Below are positions 1-11,850 of a DNA stretch of 64,000 nucleotides, in pieces (within the stretch, counting starts at the first letter, position 1; each line of letters opens with the position of its first letter). The DNA is from Eledone cirrhosa (Eukaryota), in assembly GCA_964016885.1 (NCBI GenBank), contig OZ024763.1:2790001-2854000 (forward strand), in the 5' to 3' direction. Below the pieces are notes generated by a model. That model was not told the DNA's origin and made no database searches. It worked only from the letters and a program-made list of their open reading frames with translations. A program made the translations under genes and the position numbers.

Positions 1-46
1 GTATATTTCATCGTTAATCAACTGTTTTCATTCTAATTTGTCCTAG

Positions 47-145
47 GAATCGAATTGATAGTCAGAGCAGCCAGTCAACGTATCGAACATGCAGTACACC
101 CCCCAGCCCACAGTCGAGTCCCAGCAGCTCAAACTCTACATCAAG
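47..145 (+). CDS. Rap1GAP: Rap1GAP-like gene, internal exon ([32 protein letters not shown])
   Basis: Acceptor ttgtcctag ends at 46 and donor GTattc starts at 146. The 99-nt exon is phase 2/2, and its final AG plus the G of the next exon makes Arg in frame. Confidence 0.75.
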
Positions 146-162
146 GTATTCACAAAATAAAC

Positions 163-296
163 ACAGACAAAAAAAAAAACAGACAAAAAAAACACAGACA
201 AAAAAAACACAGACAAAAAAAACACAGACAAAAAAAACACAGACAAAAAAAACACAGACAAAAAAAACACAGACAAAAAAAAACAGACAAAAAAAA
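163..296. repeat. ~15-bp tandem repeat (acacagacaaaaaaa)n
   Basis: About 8 visible units. Confidence 0.85.
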
Positions 297-402
297 TTAT
301 CAAAAAATTGTTGCTCATGTATATATATATATATATATATATACATACATATATACACACACACTATTTATATATATATACACACACACTATTTATATAT
401 GC

Positions 403-433
<31 letters not shown>

Positions 434-523
434 TATATATATATTTAAAAATATATATATATATATATATACACATACACTATATATATATGCATATATA
501 TATACACTATATATATATATATA

Positions 524-586
<63 letters not shown>

Positions 587-591
587 TATAT

Positions 592-725
592 AACGGAGGA
601 AATGTGGTAAGGAACCAGGTGGACCATAACGCACCAAAGTACTCAATACTTAGGGTAGTAGAGTGGGTAATAGTCCAGAATTAGCCGTCAAAACGGCTTG
701 AGCTCAGCCGTCGGGGTCCTACTCG
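592..725 (+). mobile_element. Short hairpin-ended interspersed element (family D), copy
   Basis: Shares tgtggtaaggaaccaggtggaccataacgcacc...gtactcaatacttaggg with copies at 30010, 38666, 42352, 46430(-) and 50487(-). Copies lie in (TA)n. Confidence 0.75.
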
Positions 726-742
726 TTCCTATAAATATATAT

Positions 743-775
<33 letters not shown>

Positions 776-1248
776 CACACACATTATATATATATATATA
801 TATATGTATATACACTCACACTATATATATATGTATATATATATACATATATTTATATACACATACACATGTATATGTATATATGCATATATATATAGTG
901 TCTGTATATATATATATGTATGTATAAACATGTATGTATATATGTATATATATATATATATATTATATCCCTTCAAATGGAAAGTATTTAGATGAAACAG
1001 TGTTGTACCATGGAACCAGGGGTGGGTTGAGTTCAGTCAATTTGATATGAAAAGGTTTAAGAAATTTATAGGGTGGAAACAAAGAAGAAGATGGACAATA
1101 AACTTGACCCCTCTTACCTCATCAACCTTTAACACGCTCTCGGCGACATGTGGTAGAGTAATCTCCTCTCAATAGATAATGCAGAGACAACTCATAAAAA
1201 TTACTAGTGCACTAAAGGTTAATCTGTTGACTGCCGTGTATACATTAC

Positions 1249-1807
1249 ATTGTTGGAAAGGAGTTCAAAACTTTGAAGTTATGAACTGTTGGAAAGGAGT
1301 TCATAACTTTGAAGTTATGAACTGTTGGAAAGGAGTTTATAACTTTGAAGTTATGAACTGTTGGAAAGGAGTTCATAACTTTGAAGTTATGAACTGTTGG
1401 AAAGGAGTTCATAACTTTGAAGTTATGAACTGTTGGAAAGGAGTTCATAGCTATGAAGTTATGAACTGTTGGAAAGGAGTTCATAACTTTGAAGTTAAGA
1501 ACTGTTGGAAAGGAGTTCATAACTTTGAAGTTATGAACTGTTGGAAAGGAGTTCACAACTTTGAAGTTATGAACTGTTGGAAAGGAGTTCATAACTTTGA
1601 AGTTATGAACTGTTGGAAAGGAGTTCACAACTTTGAAGTTATGAACTGTTGGAAAGGACTTCATAACTTTGAAGTTATGAACTGTTGGAAAGGAGTTCAT
1701 AGCTTTGAAGTTATGAACTGTTGGAAAGGAGTTCACAACTTTGAAGTTATGAACTGTTGGAAAGGACTTCACAACTTTGAAGTTATGAACTGTTGGAAAG
1801 GAGTTCA
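1249..1807. repeat. 36-bp intronic minisatellite with internal palindrome
   Basis: About 15.5 copies of aactgttggaaaggagttcataactttgaagttatg. Confidence 0.95.
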
Positions 1808-2820
1808 AACATGTTAGGAGGAGTTATCTCGTCTTCAGCACTGAAGAGTTTAAGATATTTTTATCAAATTAGTTGTTTCATTACATATTTCTAACACAGA
1901 CATTATCTTCGCTGCATGAGGTTTATTCATTTCACATGTTGCATTTTGTATAACTCCAAAAAGCTTTTACACACTTTTACACACTTTAATCCTGCTGTAT
2001 TTCTTTGTGTATAATAATATCCACCCCTCCCATTTCACTCTAATATGACCCTGGAGGGATTTAGTAATATAACATTCTTTAACAAAACAATGTTTTGTTA
2101 TTCAGTTTAGTTTTTTTTCCATTTTGATAATAAAAGACCTTATTTCTGAATCTAACAACATGGTAATAAATTACACACTCGTGTATAAGATGACTTGAAT
2201 ATAATATAGCCTGTTTTTTAGACTAATGTATAACATCCTCGTATATAAAACTACGTAAATATAATATAATCACTATTTTTTTTGGCCAATAAATAACATC
2301 CTTGTATATAAGGCTATGTGAATAAAATGTAATCTCTGTTTTTTAGGCTAATAAATAATAACCTTGTGTATAAGACAGCTTAAATATAATATAATCCCTG
2401 TTTCCAAGGCTAATAAATAACACCCTTATGTATAAGGCTACTTGAATTTAATACAAACCCTGTTTCTGACCCTAATAAATAACATTCCTGTGTATAAGAT
2501 GACCCTGGGGCTACGTCCATATCTATGTAATATTTTTTCTGTAATCTTGTACCATGTTATCCATCAAAATCACAAACATCTTATGTAGTCCCTTTATTTA
2601 TTTCACCGATTTCCTGTCTTTGAGACAAACAGCGTCCACTTCCACTGATCACCAATTTACCAAAAACCATTTTTAAACACACATAGTTGCAATCTCTCCA
2701 TTTAAAATTTTAAGCTCAGTAAAAAATTTCTAAAATAAATTTTTGTGTATAATTCTTCTCTACCCCACCCCCACCCTCCCCTCGTATTTTTTGCACTTAA
2801 TTTTAGTTAAAAATTTCTTG

Positions 2821-3026
2821 TACAAGGGTGAAATGAAATGTTCATAAGCTGACCAAGATACTCTCATGGAATGACCAAATGAAGTTTATTTTTCAATATA
2901 GTCCCTGGAAAGAATCGGTTCAATTATTAAGTAATAAGAAGAGTTGAAATTAATGCATGTAAGATTTCGCAGCTCTAGCATCATTCCTTCATAGTCAGCT
3001 TATGAACCTTTCAGCCGACCCTTGTG
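2821..3026. mobile_element. Mariner/Tc1-type MITE
   Basis: Imperfect TIRs tacaagggt...tgaaatgttcataagctgac / gtcagcttatgaacctttcagccgacccttgtg. Second copy at 50840-51194. Confidence 0.7.
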
Positions 3027-3465
3027 TTATACACAAGAAAATACAGTATTTGTTTCACCTGTGTAACTGAATAATTTGCATTTCATCAATTGAATTTTGC
3101 ACCTGGTTTATGAGCTACATTTTCACTGCCTTGAAGTTGTTTTCTGCTTACAGAGGGGACTGGGTGCTTTTCTTCATGTCACCAACACTACCACCTTACA
3201 TAGGGGACTGGGTGCTTTTCGTCATGCCACCAGCATTACCACCTTAGTGGGGACAGGGTGTTCTTTATGTTGTGGTACCAGCACTACCACCTTACAGTGG
3301 GGACAGGGTGTTCTTTATGTTGTGGTACCAGCACTACCACCTTACAGGGTAGACACGGTGCTTGCCACATCTTTCACCAGTAAATAAATACTCTGTATGT
3401 TCATCAATTGTGTCTCTTTATTTAACATGTCATATAACCCACTGTTTTGTTCTTTGTCCTTCCAG

Positions 3466-3583
3466 GTTACGGCACAATAGCTCACAGTTGTCACCATCAA
3501 ACTCTGAAAGTAGTTTTAACAGTATGGAGGACTACACAGTACAACAGACAAGCCAAGACCATGAAGATAGTGACACAGGCCTG
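3466..3583 (+). CDS. Rap1GAP: Rap1GAP-like exon (LRHNSSQLSPSNSESSFNSMEDYTVQQTSQDHEDSDTGL)
   Basis: Polypyrimidine tract plus cag at 3465, donor GTtagt at 3584. Joined to the next exon it gives SSFNS...DSDTGLESMSSVGTP, which matches my recollection of the RAP1GAP C-terminal SSFAS...EDTGLESVSSSGTP motif. Confidence 0.85.
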
Positions 3584-3649
3584 GTTAGTATCTTCTCTCT
3601 TTCTCTCACTCTCTCTCTGCATATATCTATCTATCTATCTATCTATATA

Positions 3650-3684
<35 letters not shown>

Positions 3685-4067
3685 TGTTTCCTTGAGCAAG
3701 ACACTTTATTTCACATTGCTCGAGTTTACTCAGCTGTAGAAATGAGATGATAGGGACTGGGGTCCCTATCATTCCATTGCAAAGTGGCGTGGAGGTGTAT
3801 TGACCTGTTACACACCATTTCACAGAGGATTGGCTCAGGGTGACCCATAGAAGTTATGGACCCGACTCCAGTATAGATCTGCTCTTCAGACTGGCGATGT
3901 GACAAAAAATATAGTGTTTTTCGTCACATCGCCAGTCTGAAGAACATTATTATTAATATTTTTAACTTTGCCTTTCATCCTTATGGTATTGCTAAAATAA
4001 AGTACCAGTAATACACTGGGGTAATTGCTGGCCTTGTGCCAAAAGTAGAAACAATTATTATTATTAT

Positions 4068-4688
4068 TGTTCTTTGAGTCTCAGTCATTGATGTTATTTA
4101 ACTGGAAAGTTTGTTGAAATGAATATCAAGCCACTACCTGCAGCCTCAGATATTCAGGACGTATCGGAGGGTTCTTGCTGTTCCCAGCAAGCATGCCTTT
4201 TGAAGTGTTCCAAAAAGCGGGGCTGGACTAAACTTCTTTAACCATCCTTGGAAACTCTTTGAGATAGTACCCAGTGCGCCTATGACAATCGGGACGACCT
4301 TGACTTCATGGCACTTCCAAATCCTTTTTACCTCCCACTTTACGTCCTGGTATCGGTTAATATTCTCCCTCTCCTTCTCTTGCACTCTCGTGTCGAATGG
4401 GCAGGCCACATCTACAATCAGGCACAATCTTTTTTCCTTGTCCAAAACCACCAGGTCAGGTCTAGTGCGTTCCAGTTTCTTGTCTGTCTGTATCCTAAAA
4501 TGCCATAGCACCTTTACATGATCGTTTCACCGACTCTGGCTTATGCTCATATCACTTCTCAGAATGTGGTAAATTGTTTACTTTGCATAGGTGCCAGTGG
4601 ATCACCCTGCCCATCACATCATGTCTCCAGCCTTTATAGTGAGTCTGGGCTAGGTGTTTACACTAGGATACAATGTGAGCCACAATCT

Positions 4689-4719
<31 letters not shown>

Positions 4720-4750
4720 AGATCCTACACAGTGGGCTAGCCTCCTCCTT
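4068..4750 (-). mobile_element. 3' fragment of RLE-type non-LTR retrotransposon (Dong/R4-like)
   Basis: ORF 4146-4511 has the RPD...D...E...K-type restriction-like endonuclease motif (RPDLVVLDK..IVDVACPFD, IVIGALG, QKACLLGTA). A decayed CCHC knuckle (LCRICGE..HI...C) lies upstream. Confidence 0.85.
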
Positions 4751-4764
4751 TATTATTATTATTG

Positions 4765-5265
4765 AAGGGCAGGCAGTTTTTATCTGTCTGGTGGCCATGG
4801 CGAAAGAGATAGTATGGTGGACACGTTTGAAAGGGTTGAAGACGAGCACTTACCTCTTCGGTGATGCCCTGATTAACTTTTTCAAATTTCATTTGAAAAG
4901 GAAAATCAGGGTAGAGACGGAAGTGCTCTCTTCCCAACATTTTGTTGAAAGATGGGTGAGAGAAGCAAGAATGGCCTGTGTGAATGGGCCTACTCTGAGT
5001 ATGTGTCTGTAAATTAAAGGTGGAAAACTGGGAGAGGGCACTTGCCCTGGTGGTCAGGGTCACTGTGGCTTTTTAATGGGCTTTCTCCACGAATGTCCCT
5101 CGGAAGTCTCCCCCCTATTGGGGGAATTTTTCATTGTTATTTTTTGTTACATCCTCTGTTTTTGTTTTTTACACGCAGAAATGCCCATTTGTACCGTACT
5201 GTATTGTCCTGTACTGTCCTTAATGTCTACTTTATGTAAACCCTTGTGGTTAATAACGACAGCAT
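4765..5265 (+). mobile_element. Tx1/L1-like LINE 3' fragment
   Basis: EGQAVFICLVAMAKEIVWWTRLKG...ERW is homologous to the C-terminus encoded at 32056-32427. Followed by a pyrimidine-rich 3' UTR ending in (TAT)n. Confidence 0.75.
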
Positions 5266-5295
5266 TATTTTTATTATTATTATTATCTCCTCTAG

Positions 5296-5386
5296 GAAAG
5301 TATGTCTTCAGTTGGAACTCCTTACACTACTATGAAGAACTCTTTGTCAAACAGTTTCAGTGAAGATGGCGCCAGTGTTTCTGAAG
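5296..5386 (+). CDS. Rap1GAP: Rap1GAP-like exon (ESMSSVGTPYTTMKNSLSNSFSEDGASVSE)
   Basis: Acceptor ctcctctag, donor GTaaaa. The 91-nt exon is phase 0 to 1, exactly bridging the flanking exons. Confidence 0.85.
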
Positions 5387-5784
5387 GTAAAACATTTATA
5401 TTTATTGGCAGTAGTACCAACACAGAGTGATTCATAATTGAGGTGTGTATTCATGTGAAGGTGCGTGAGCTTAGTGGTTAAAGAAGTGTATTTGCAATAG
5501 TATTTATATTTATTGGCAGTGGTACTGACACAGGGTGATTTAATGTGAAGGCAAAGATGCGTGGGCAGGTGGTTTAGTGGCTACAGAATTGGATTCACAA
5601 TCGTGAGGTTGTGAGTTTGATTCCCAGGACCAGGCGATGTTGTACTTTCTGCCAGGAGTTGTGACTGAAAGATAGTAAAAGCATCAGTGGATAATAACAT
5701 GGCATTCAAGCTTTAATACCTGGCTACCATATACAGTTGTATTATCAGCTCGTTTGATGTATCTTATATGATAATGATAATGAT

Positions 5785-6292
5785 AATGAAATTATTGTGT
5801 AAAGTGCTCAGGTGCACTACAACTCGTCAAAGGTGTATGTATAGTACATAGAATAATACACAAATGCCAGGGAAGTACATGTTTGTATGTGTTAGCTGTA
5901 GTGTTGGCGGATCTCGGGAAGCATGGAGGCCTTAAAGGATGCAGTGTCTCGACAGCTAACAACTGATGCAGGTAGTTTGTTCCATGCTTCAGCAACTCTG
6001 AGCGTGAAAAAATGTTTCCGAAAGTCATGGGAACTGTGCTGTTTTCTTACTTTGTGGGCATGTCCACGTGTGTTAGACACATGGAAATCGAAAAGGCACT
6101 CAGGGTTGTTGTTGGCAACATGGTTAACAATTTTGTGGGTGTTTACCAAGTCAGTTGCCAGGCGTCGGAGCTTCAATGAATCCATGCCCAGGGAAGCAAG
6201 GCGCTCAGAGTATGGTAGATGCCTGATGGAGGGTATTCGCTTGGTTGCACGTCTCTGAACAGTTTCCAGGCGGTCAATGTCCTGAGCAAGAT
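5785..6292 (-). mobile_element. CR1-like LINE 3' fragment
   Basis: LETVQRRATK...YSERL..LG..LKLRR..DL...TRGH..K...RKHFF..RV..WNKLP, the typical CR1-type ORF2 C-terminus, followed by a 3' UTR. Confidence 0.9.
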
Positions 6293-6439
6293 AATATATA
6301 TATATATATGTAAAAGTTCTATTTAAATTGTTGGGCTACAACAAGCAAATATTTTTATAACTGATATAAAGCACTCAACAGTAATGGTTGCATTTTTTAA
6401 GGGTATGTCAATATTTATTTATAAAACTGATCTATATTA

Positions 6440-6504
6440 TATTTTGTCTGATGAAAGCACACCATAATTTAACTTGGTGTCCTTGAAATATGTATAATGA
6501 AATA
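6440..6504 (+). ncRNA. Type I hammerhead ribozyme motif (family H1)
   Basis: tattttgt CTGATGA aagcacacca..tggtgtcctt GAAA tatgtata atgaaata. Helices I, II and III can pair. Confidence 0.6.
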
Positions 6505-6795
6505 AATATGGTTTTATAAATATAGTTTCCATTTGTTAATATTGTATATATATATATATATATATCTTCCTGCTATATCAAGCGTTAACCTAATATATAC
6601 CTTCCATATACTGTACCGATTGTGTTGTTATTTCTGTTTACCTTTTACATACATACATATATATATATATATTACATTCAAAGTTATGGATGTCATGATT
6701 GAGATAATCACAGACACGTGTCCTGTCTCCCAAAATCAGCTCATAGAAAAAATTCAAGGAATAAATCCGAGCATTCAATCATTACAAAATAGTGA

Positions 6796-7372
6796 ATGAC
6801 ATATATACATACACATATATATCTAATGACATATATACATACACATATATATCTAACGACATATATACATACACATATATATCTAACGACATATATACAT
6901 ACACATATATACATACACATATATATCTAATGACATATATACATACACATATATATCTAATGACATATATACATACACATATATATCTAATGACATATAT
7001 ACATACACATATATATCTAACAACATATATACATACACATATATATCTAACAACATATATACATACACATATATATCTAACAACATATATACATACACAT
7101 ATATATCTAATGACATATACACATACTTATATATCTAATGACATGTATACATACACATATATATCTAACGACATATATACATACACATATATATCTAACG
7201 ACATATATACATACACATATATACATACACATATATATCTAATGACATATATACATACTTATATATCTAATGACATGTATACATACACATATATACATAC
7301 ACATATATATCTAATGACATATATACATACTTATATATCTAATGACATGTATACATACATATATATCTAATG
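6796..7372. repeat. ~30-bp minisatellite (gacatatatacatacacatatatatctaat)
   Basis: Tandem units visible. Confidence 0.9.
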
Positions 7373-7782
7373 TTATAAATGTATAATAGGACATATCAAT
7401 CTTTAACAAGACAATCTGTATAGAATGTAAGAATACATAGTTCATTACAGTATCATATTAAAATTAAACAAAAATTTTAAACATAGATACCTATATATTT
7501 ATGGATTGTAACGTCCAGTTACGGTAGGTTCACCAGAGTTAGGACTCGATGTGTAGTTTTATACTGTTGAAAAGCCCTAAGAGGTTCATTTTGTCATTAC
7601 CACAAAAGAAGTTCAACGAGCTTTTGATTCCAGAGTCAGGCCAGATCGATCCAGATTGAACCTTGAGCTGATTAATAGTGAAACACATGTCACTACTCAA
7701 TAAATGTAATGAAGACCTATTAAATCGTCCTTTTTATTATTATTATTATATATATATATATAATAATATATATATATATAAG

Positions 7783-7975
7783 GGCGGTGGATTGGCAGTA
7801 TCAGTAGAGGGTCGGACGCCATGCTTTCCAGCATAGTTACGTCCCTTTACGATCTGAGTTCAAATCCCGCCGAGGTTGACTTTGCCTTTCATCCTTACGG
7901 GGTCGATAAAATAAAGTACCAGTAATGCACTGGGTAATTGCTGGCCTTGTGCCTAAAAGTAGAAACTATTATTAT
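7783..7975 (+). mobile_element. tRNA-derived SINE family A, full-length copy
   Basis: A-box-like tggcagtatcagt, B-box gagttcaaatccc, central gcctttcatccttacggggtcgataaaataaagtaccag and (TAT)n tail. More than 10 copies in the window. Confidence 0.85.
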
Positions 7976-8054
7976 ATAAATATATGTCCATATATGGTGT
8001 TCTGTGTATTTTTACCAAGATTCTATGGTTGTTTCCTTCTTTTCTTCTTCAAAG

Positions 8055-8107
8055 CTGAAATCCAGAAGTTGAAGCGAGATAAGAGTGAACTCCAGTTACA
8101 AAGTCAA
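8055..8107 (+). CDS. Rap1GAP: Rap1GAP-like exon, start of coiled coil (AEIQKLKRDKSELQLQSQ)
   Basis: Long pyrimidine tract plus aag, perfect donor GTAAGT. 53 nt, phase 1 to 0. Confidence 0.85.
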
Positions 8108-8481
8108 GTAAGTTCCTTATTCATGTTGTTGTTGTTGTTTAACCCTTGGTCAGCAGACAGGGTTAGGTGGTGGTCGTGGTGGTAACCCTTGGTCAGTTCT
8201 GCTCTAGCAGACAGACAGGTGGTGGTGTTAAACCAGGCAACAGATTAAGCCTACCATGTTATAAAGATTAAAAAAATATTGGCTGTCTACAGACTAAAAC
8301 AAGTAAAAGAATAAAATATTTTTAATGGAGTTTAATGTGGTACAGGATGTTAAAGGTTAAGGCTGATTTATATATATACTAAATAATTAAATATTTACAG
8401 TAGTCTAGTTAATACAAAACATTGTGAGATATGTAAGAAATTATTGATAAGTTTGAGGAAGCTGGTACAATGTGGTAGAAA

Positions 8482-8943
8482 TACAGGGTGACCTCAGAAA
8501 CACTCTTTCATTTTAGATATTAGAATATTAACCCTTTAGCATTTAAACCAGCCATATCTGGCCAGAATTCTCTCACCTCTTCCTGTTCAAACCAGCTGTA
8601 TCTGGCCGCTCATACTGATGCTAACGTATTGTTCTCAAAATAAATAATATCAAAATCACATAGATTCGATATTATGTGAGATAATTATGTGAGGTAAAGC
8701 CTTTACCATGGAAATATAATAATAATTCTAGGGTAATGTAAATGTTAAAGGGTTAAAAGTTAAATGAATATTCTTCCAATATTGGTGGCTACGGTTGCAT
8801 AAACTAGCATAGTTTCATGTGGTGTTGGTTGATATCATAGACACTTGATGTGGTCCCCTTTTGTTGCTCGGCAAACATCAGTGCAATGATATTTGATATT
8901 ATAAGTATTTGAAATGAAGGAGTGTTTTTGTGGTCACCCTGTA
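8482..8943. mobile_element. Tc1-type MITE carrying a nested piggyBac-like MITE
   Basis: TA + cagggtgacc..aaacactc..tcattt / aaatgaaggagtgttt..ggtcaccctg + TA. Confidence 0.7.
8528..8756. mobile_element. piggyBac-like MITE
   Basis: TTAA-ccctttagcattta ... taaatgttaaaggg-TTAA. Copies at 16877-17105 and 18476-18856. Confidence 0.85.
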
Positions 8944-8955
8944 TATAAAGGTCAA

Positions 8956-9161
8956 GTAATGTCTTACCCCTAGTATATTTCACATGATATTTCAGGGCTT
9001 TTATCCTCTTTTCAAATGTGAAATGGAAACAGTTCAAAACAAAAACAAATGATTGATGTTTTCTTGATCATTCGTTTTATTTTGAACTGTTTTCGTTTTT
9101 ACATTTGAAAAGAGGATTTTAACCCTGAAATATATTGAAATATACTTGTAAAACATTACTT
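8956..9161. mobile_element. Palindromic (foldback) MITE-like element
   Basis: ~95-bp imperfect inverted arms (atatttcaggg..atcctcttttcaaatgt..aacagttcaaaa / ttttgaactgtt..acatttgaaaagaggat..ccctgaaatat). Confidence 0.7.
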
Positions 9162-9207
9162 TGTTTTGTTTTATTTGTCATCATTTGCCCTTTATATATT
9201 TCTACAC

Positions 9208-9372
9208 CAGGGTTTCCCAAACTTTTTCAAACGTGGAACCCTTCTTGGTTCAGAAACTTCTGGGGCAACCCCAGTCTAATACTGTTATAGGGTTGTACTA
9301 TAAATATATTCCTCTACCTTTTTTTACGGAACCCTAGACACTTTTTTGTGGAACCCTCTTTCGGAACCACTG
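9208..9372. mobile_element. hAT (Charlie-like) MITE
   Basis: Ends cagggtttcccaaa / ttcggaaccactg with subterminal ggaaccc repeats. No clear 8-bp TSD. Confidence 0.55.
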
Positions 9373-9470
9373 TACCAGCCTTCTGAAACTTAGCAGTTAA
9401 TTAAATATTTATATGATACAAGTGGTAATCTTCTAAGTATAATTTCTCCTTTACTTATCTCCCTTTGCAG

Positions 9471-9587
9471 GCACTCTTCAAAGAAAACAGACAACTGAAA
9501 GACCTCGAAAAGAAATTACGGAACGAAATATCAGCACTAAAAAGAAAATGTCCCATTATAGACACAAGCCCTGAAGCTTCTGTTTGA
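9471..9587 (+). CDS. Rap1GAP: Rap1GAP-like terminal coding exon (ALFKENRQLKDLEKKLRNEISALKRKCPIIDTSPEASV*)
   Basis: Acceptor ccctttgcag, in-frame TGA at 9585-9587. Heptad pattern resembles the coiled-coil tail I recall from invertebrate RapGAP1. Confidence 0.85.
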   Translation, partial: ALFKENRQLKDLEKKLRNEISALKRKCPIIDTSPEASV

Positions 9588-9619
9588 GAAAAAATGACTT
9601 CTAAAAACCCTCGTCCCTT

Positions 9620-9672
<53 letters not shown>

Positions 9673-9803
9673 TATAAACATAAATATATATATGTGTATG
9701 TCTTTCTGCAATTGTAACCCCTCCTTCTCCACCTGTCGGATGGGAATTTGAATCTCCAACCAACCCATCTCAACACACCATCTTATTTCTATTCCTTCAT
9801 TGC

Positions 9804-10022
9804 TCTCCATTCTCCATTCTCCACTCTCCACTCTCCACTCTCCATTCTCCACTCTCCACTCTCCATTCTCCACTCTCCACTCTCCACTCTCCATTCTCCA
9901 CTCTCCACTCTCCATTCTCCACTCTCCACTCTCCACTCTCCATTCTCCACTCTCCACTCTCCATTCTCCACTCTCCATTCTCCACTCTCCACTCTCCACT
10001 CTCCATTCTCCACTCTCCACTC
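9804..10022. repeat. (CTCCACT/CTCCATT)n 7-bp repeat in presumptive 3' UTR
   Basis: Direct reading. Confidence 0.9.
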
Positions 10023-10075
10023 CTAATCTTGTGCAATACAACTCTGGTGATGCTGCTCACTCCAGATAATTAACC

Positions 10076-11030
<955 letters not shown>

Positions 11031-11115
11031 TCATACTTTTGTTGTTTCATAGTTCTCCTCTCAGTCTCTCTCTTTCCAATCAACATTACTCTACACTTCA
11101 TCAAATTTAGTTATT

Positions 11116-11147
<32 letters not shown>

Positions 11148-11180
11148 TTTATTATCATTATCATTGTTGTTGTTGTTGTT

Positions 11181-11213
<33 letters not shown>

Positions 11214-11324
11214 GAATCTTGTGTAACTTGAGGGATGCAGAAGTAATGTGAAATGTAGGCCCTTCAAAACTAGTAATAGTCCCTGGCTGGATGTGAAAGG
11301 TTAGCCCCCATTTCAAAGCTGGAA

Positions 11325-11850
11325 GCAGACGCAGGTCAAGTGTGACATGTACGCCCTGCAAAACTCGTAACAGATGCCAGCCAGATGTAACATATAGGCC
11401 CTACAAAACTGGTAACAGATGCCAGCCAGATGGAACATGTAGGCCCTACAAAACTGGTAACAGATACAGGCCAGATGTAACATGTAGGCCCTGCAAAACT
11501 GGTAACAGATACAGGCCAGATGTGACATGTAGGCCCTGCAAAACTGGTAACAGATACAGGCCAGATGTGACATGTAGGCCCTGCAAAACTGGTAACAGAT
11601 GTAGGCGGCCAGATGTGACATGTAGGCCTCTGAAAAACTGGTAACAGATACAGGCCAGATGTAACATGTAGGCCCTGCAAAACTGGTAACAGATGCAAGC
11701 CAGATGTGACATGTAGGCCCTGCAAAACTGGTAACAGATGCAAGCCAGATGTGATATAGGCCTTGCAAAACTATTATATAATAGTCCCAGGCCAGATATG
11801 AAATGTACGCCCTCCAAAACTGATAACAGATGCAGACCAGATGTGACATC
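11325..11850. repeat. 45-bp minisatellite (acatgtaggccctgcaaaactggtaacagatacaggccagatgtg)
   Basis: About 11 units, degenerate at both edges. Confidence 0.9.

Noticed and set aside
55-684. 209-aa ORF
   Set aside because: Wrong frame over the real exon, then runs through simple repeats.
1179-1817. 212-aa repeat protein or CRISPR array
   Set aside because: Pure tandem 36-bp repeat with no unique spacers and no cas genes. It lies in an intron, and the open frame follows from a unit length divisible by 3.
4146-4511. Host nuclease gene
   Set aside because: Truncated retrotransposon C-terminus with stops and frameshifts upstream.
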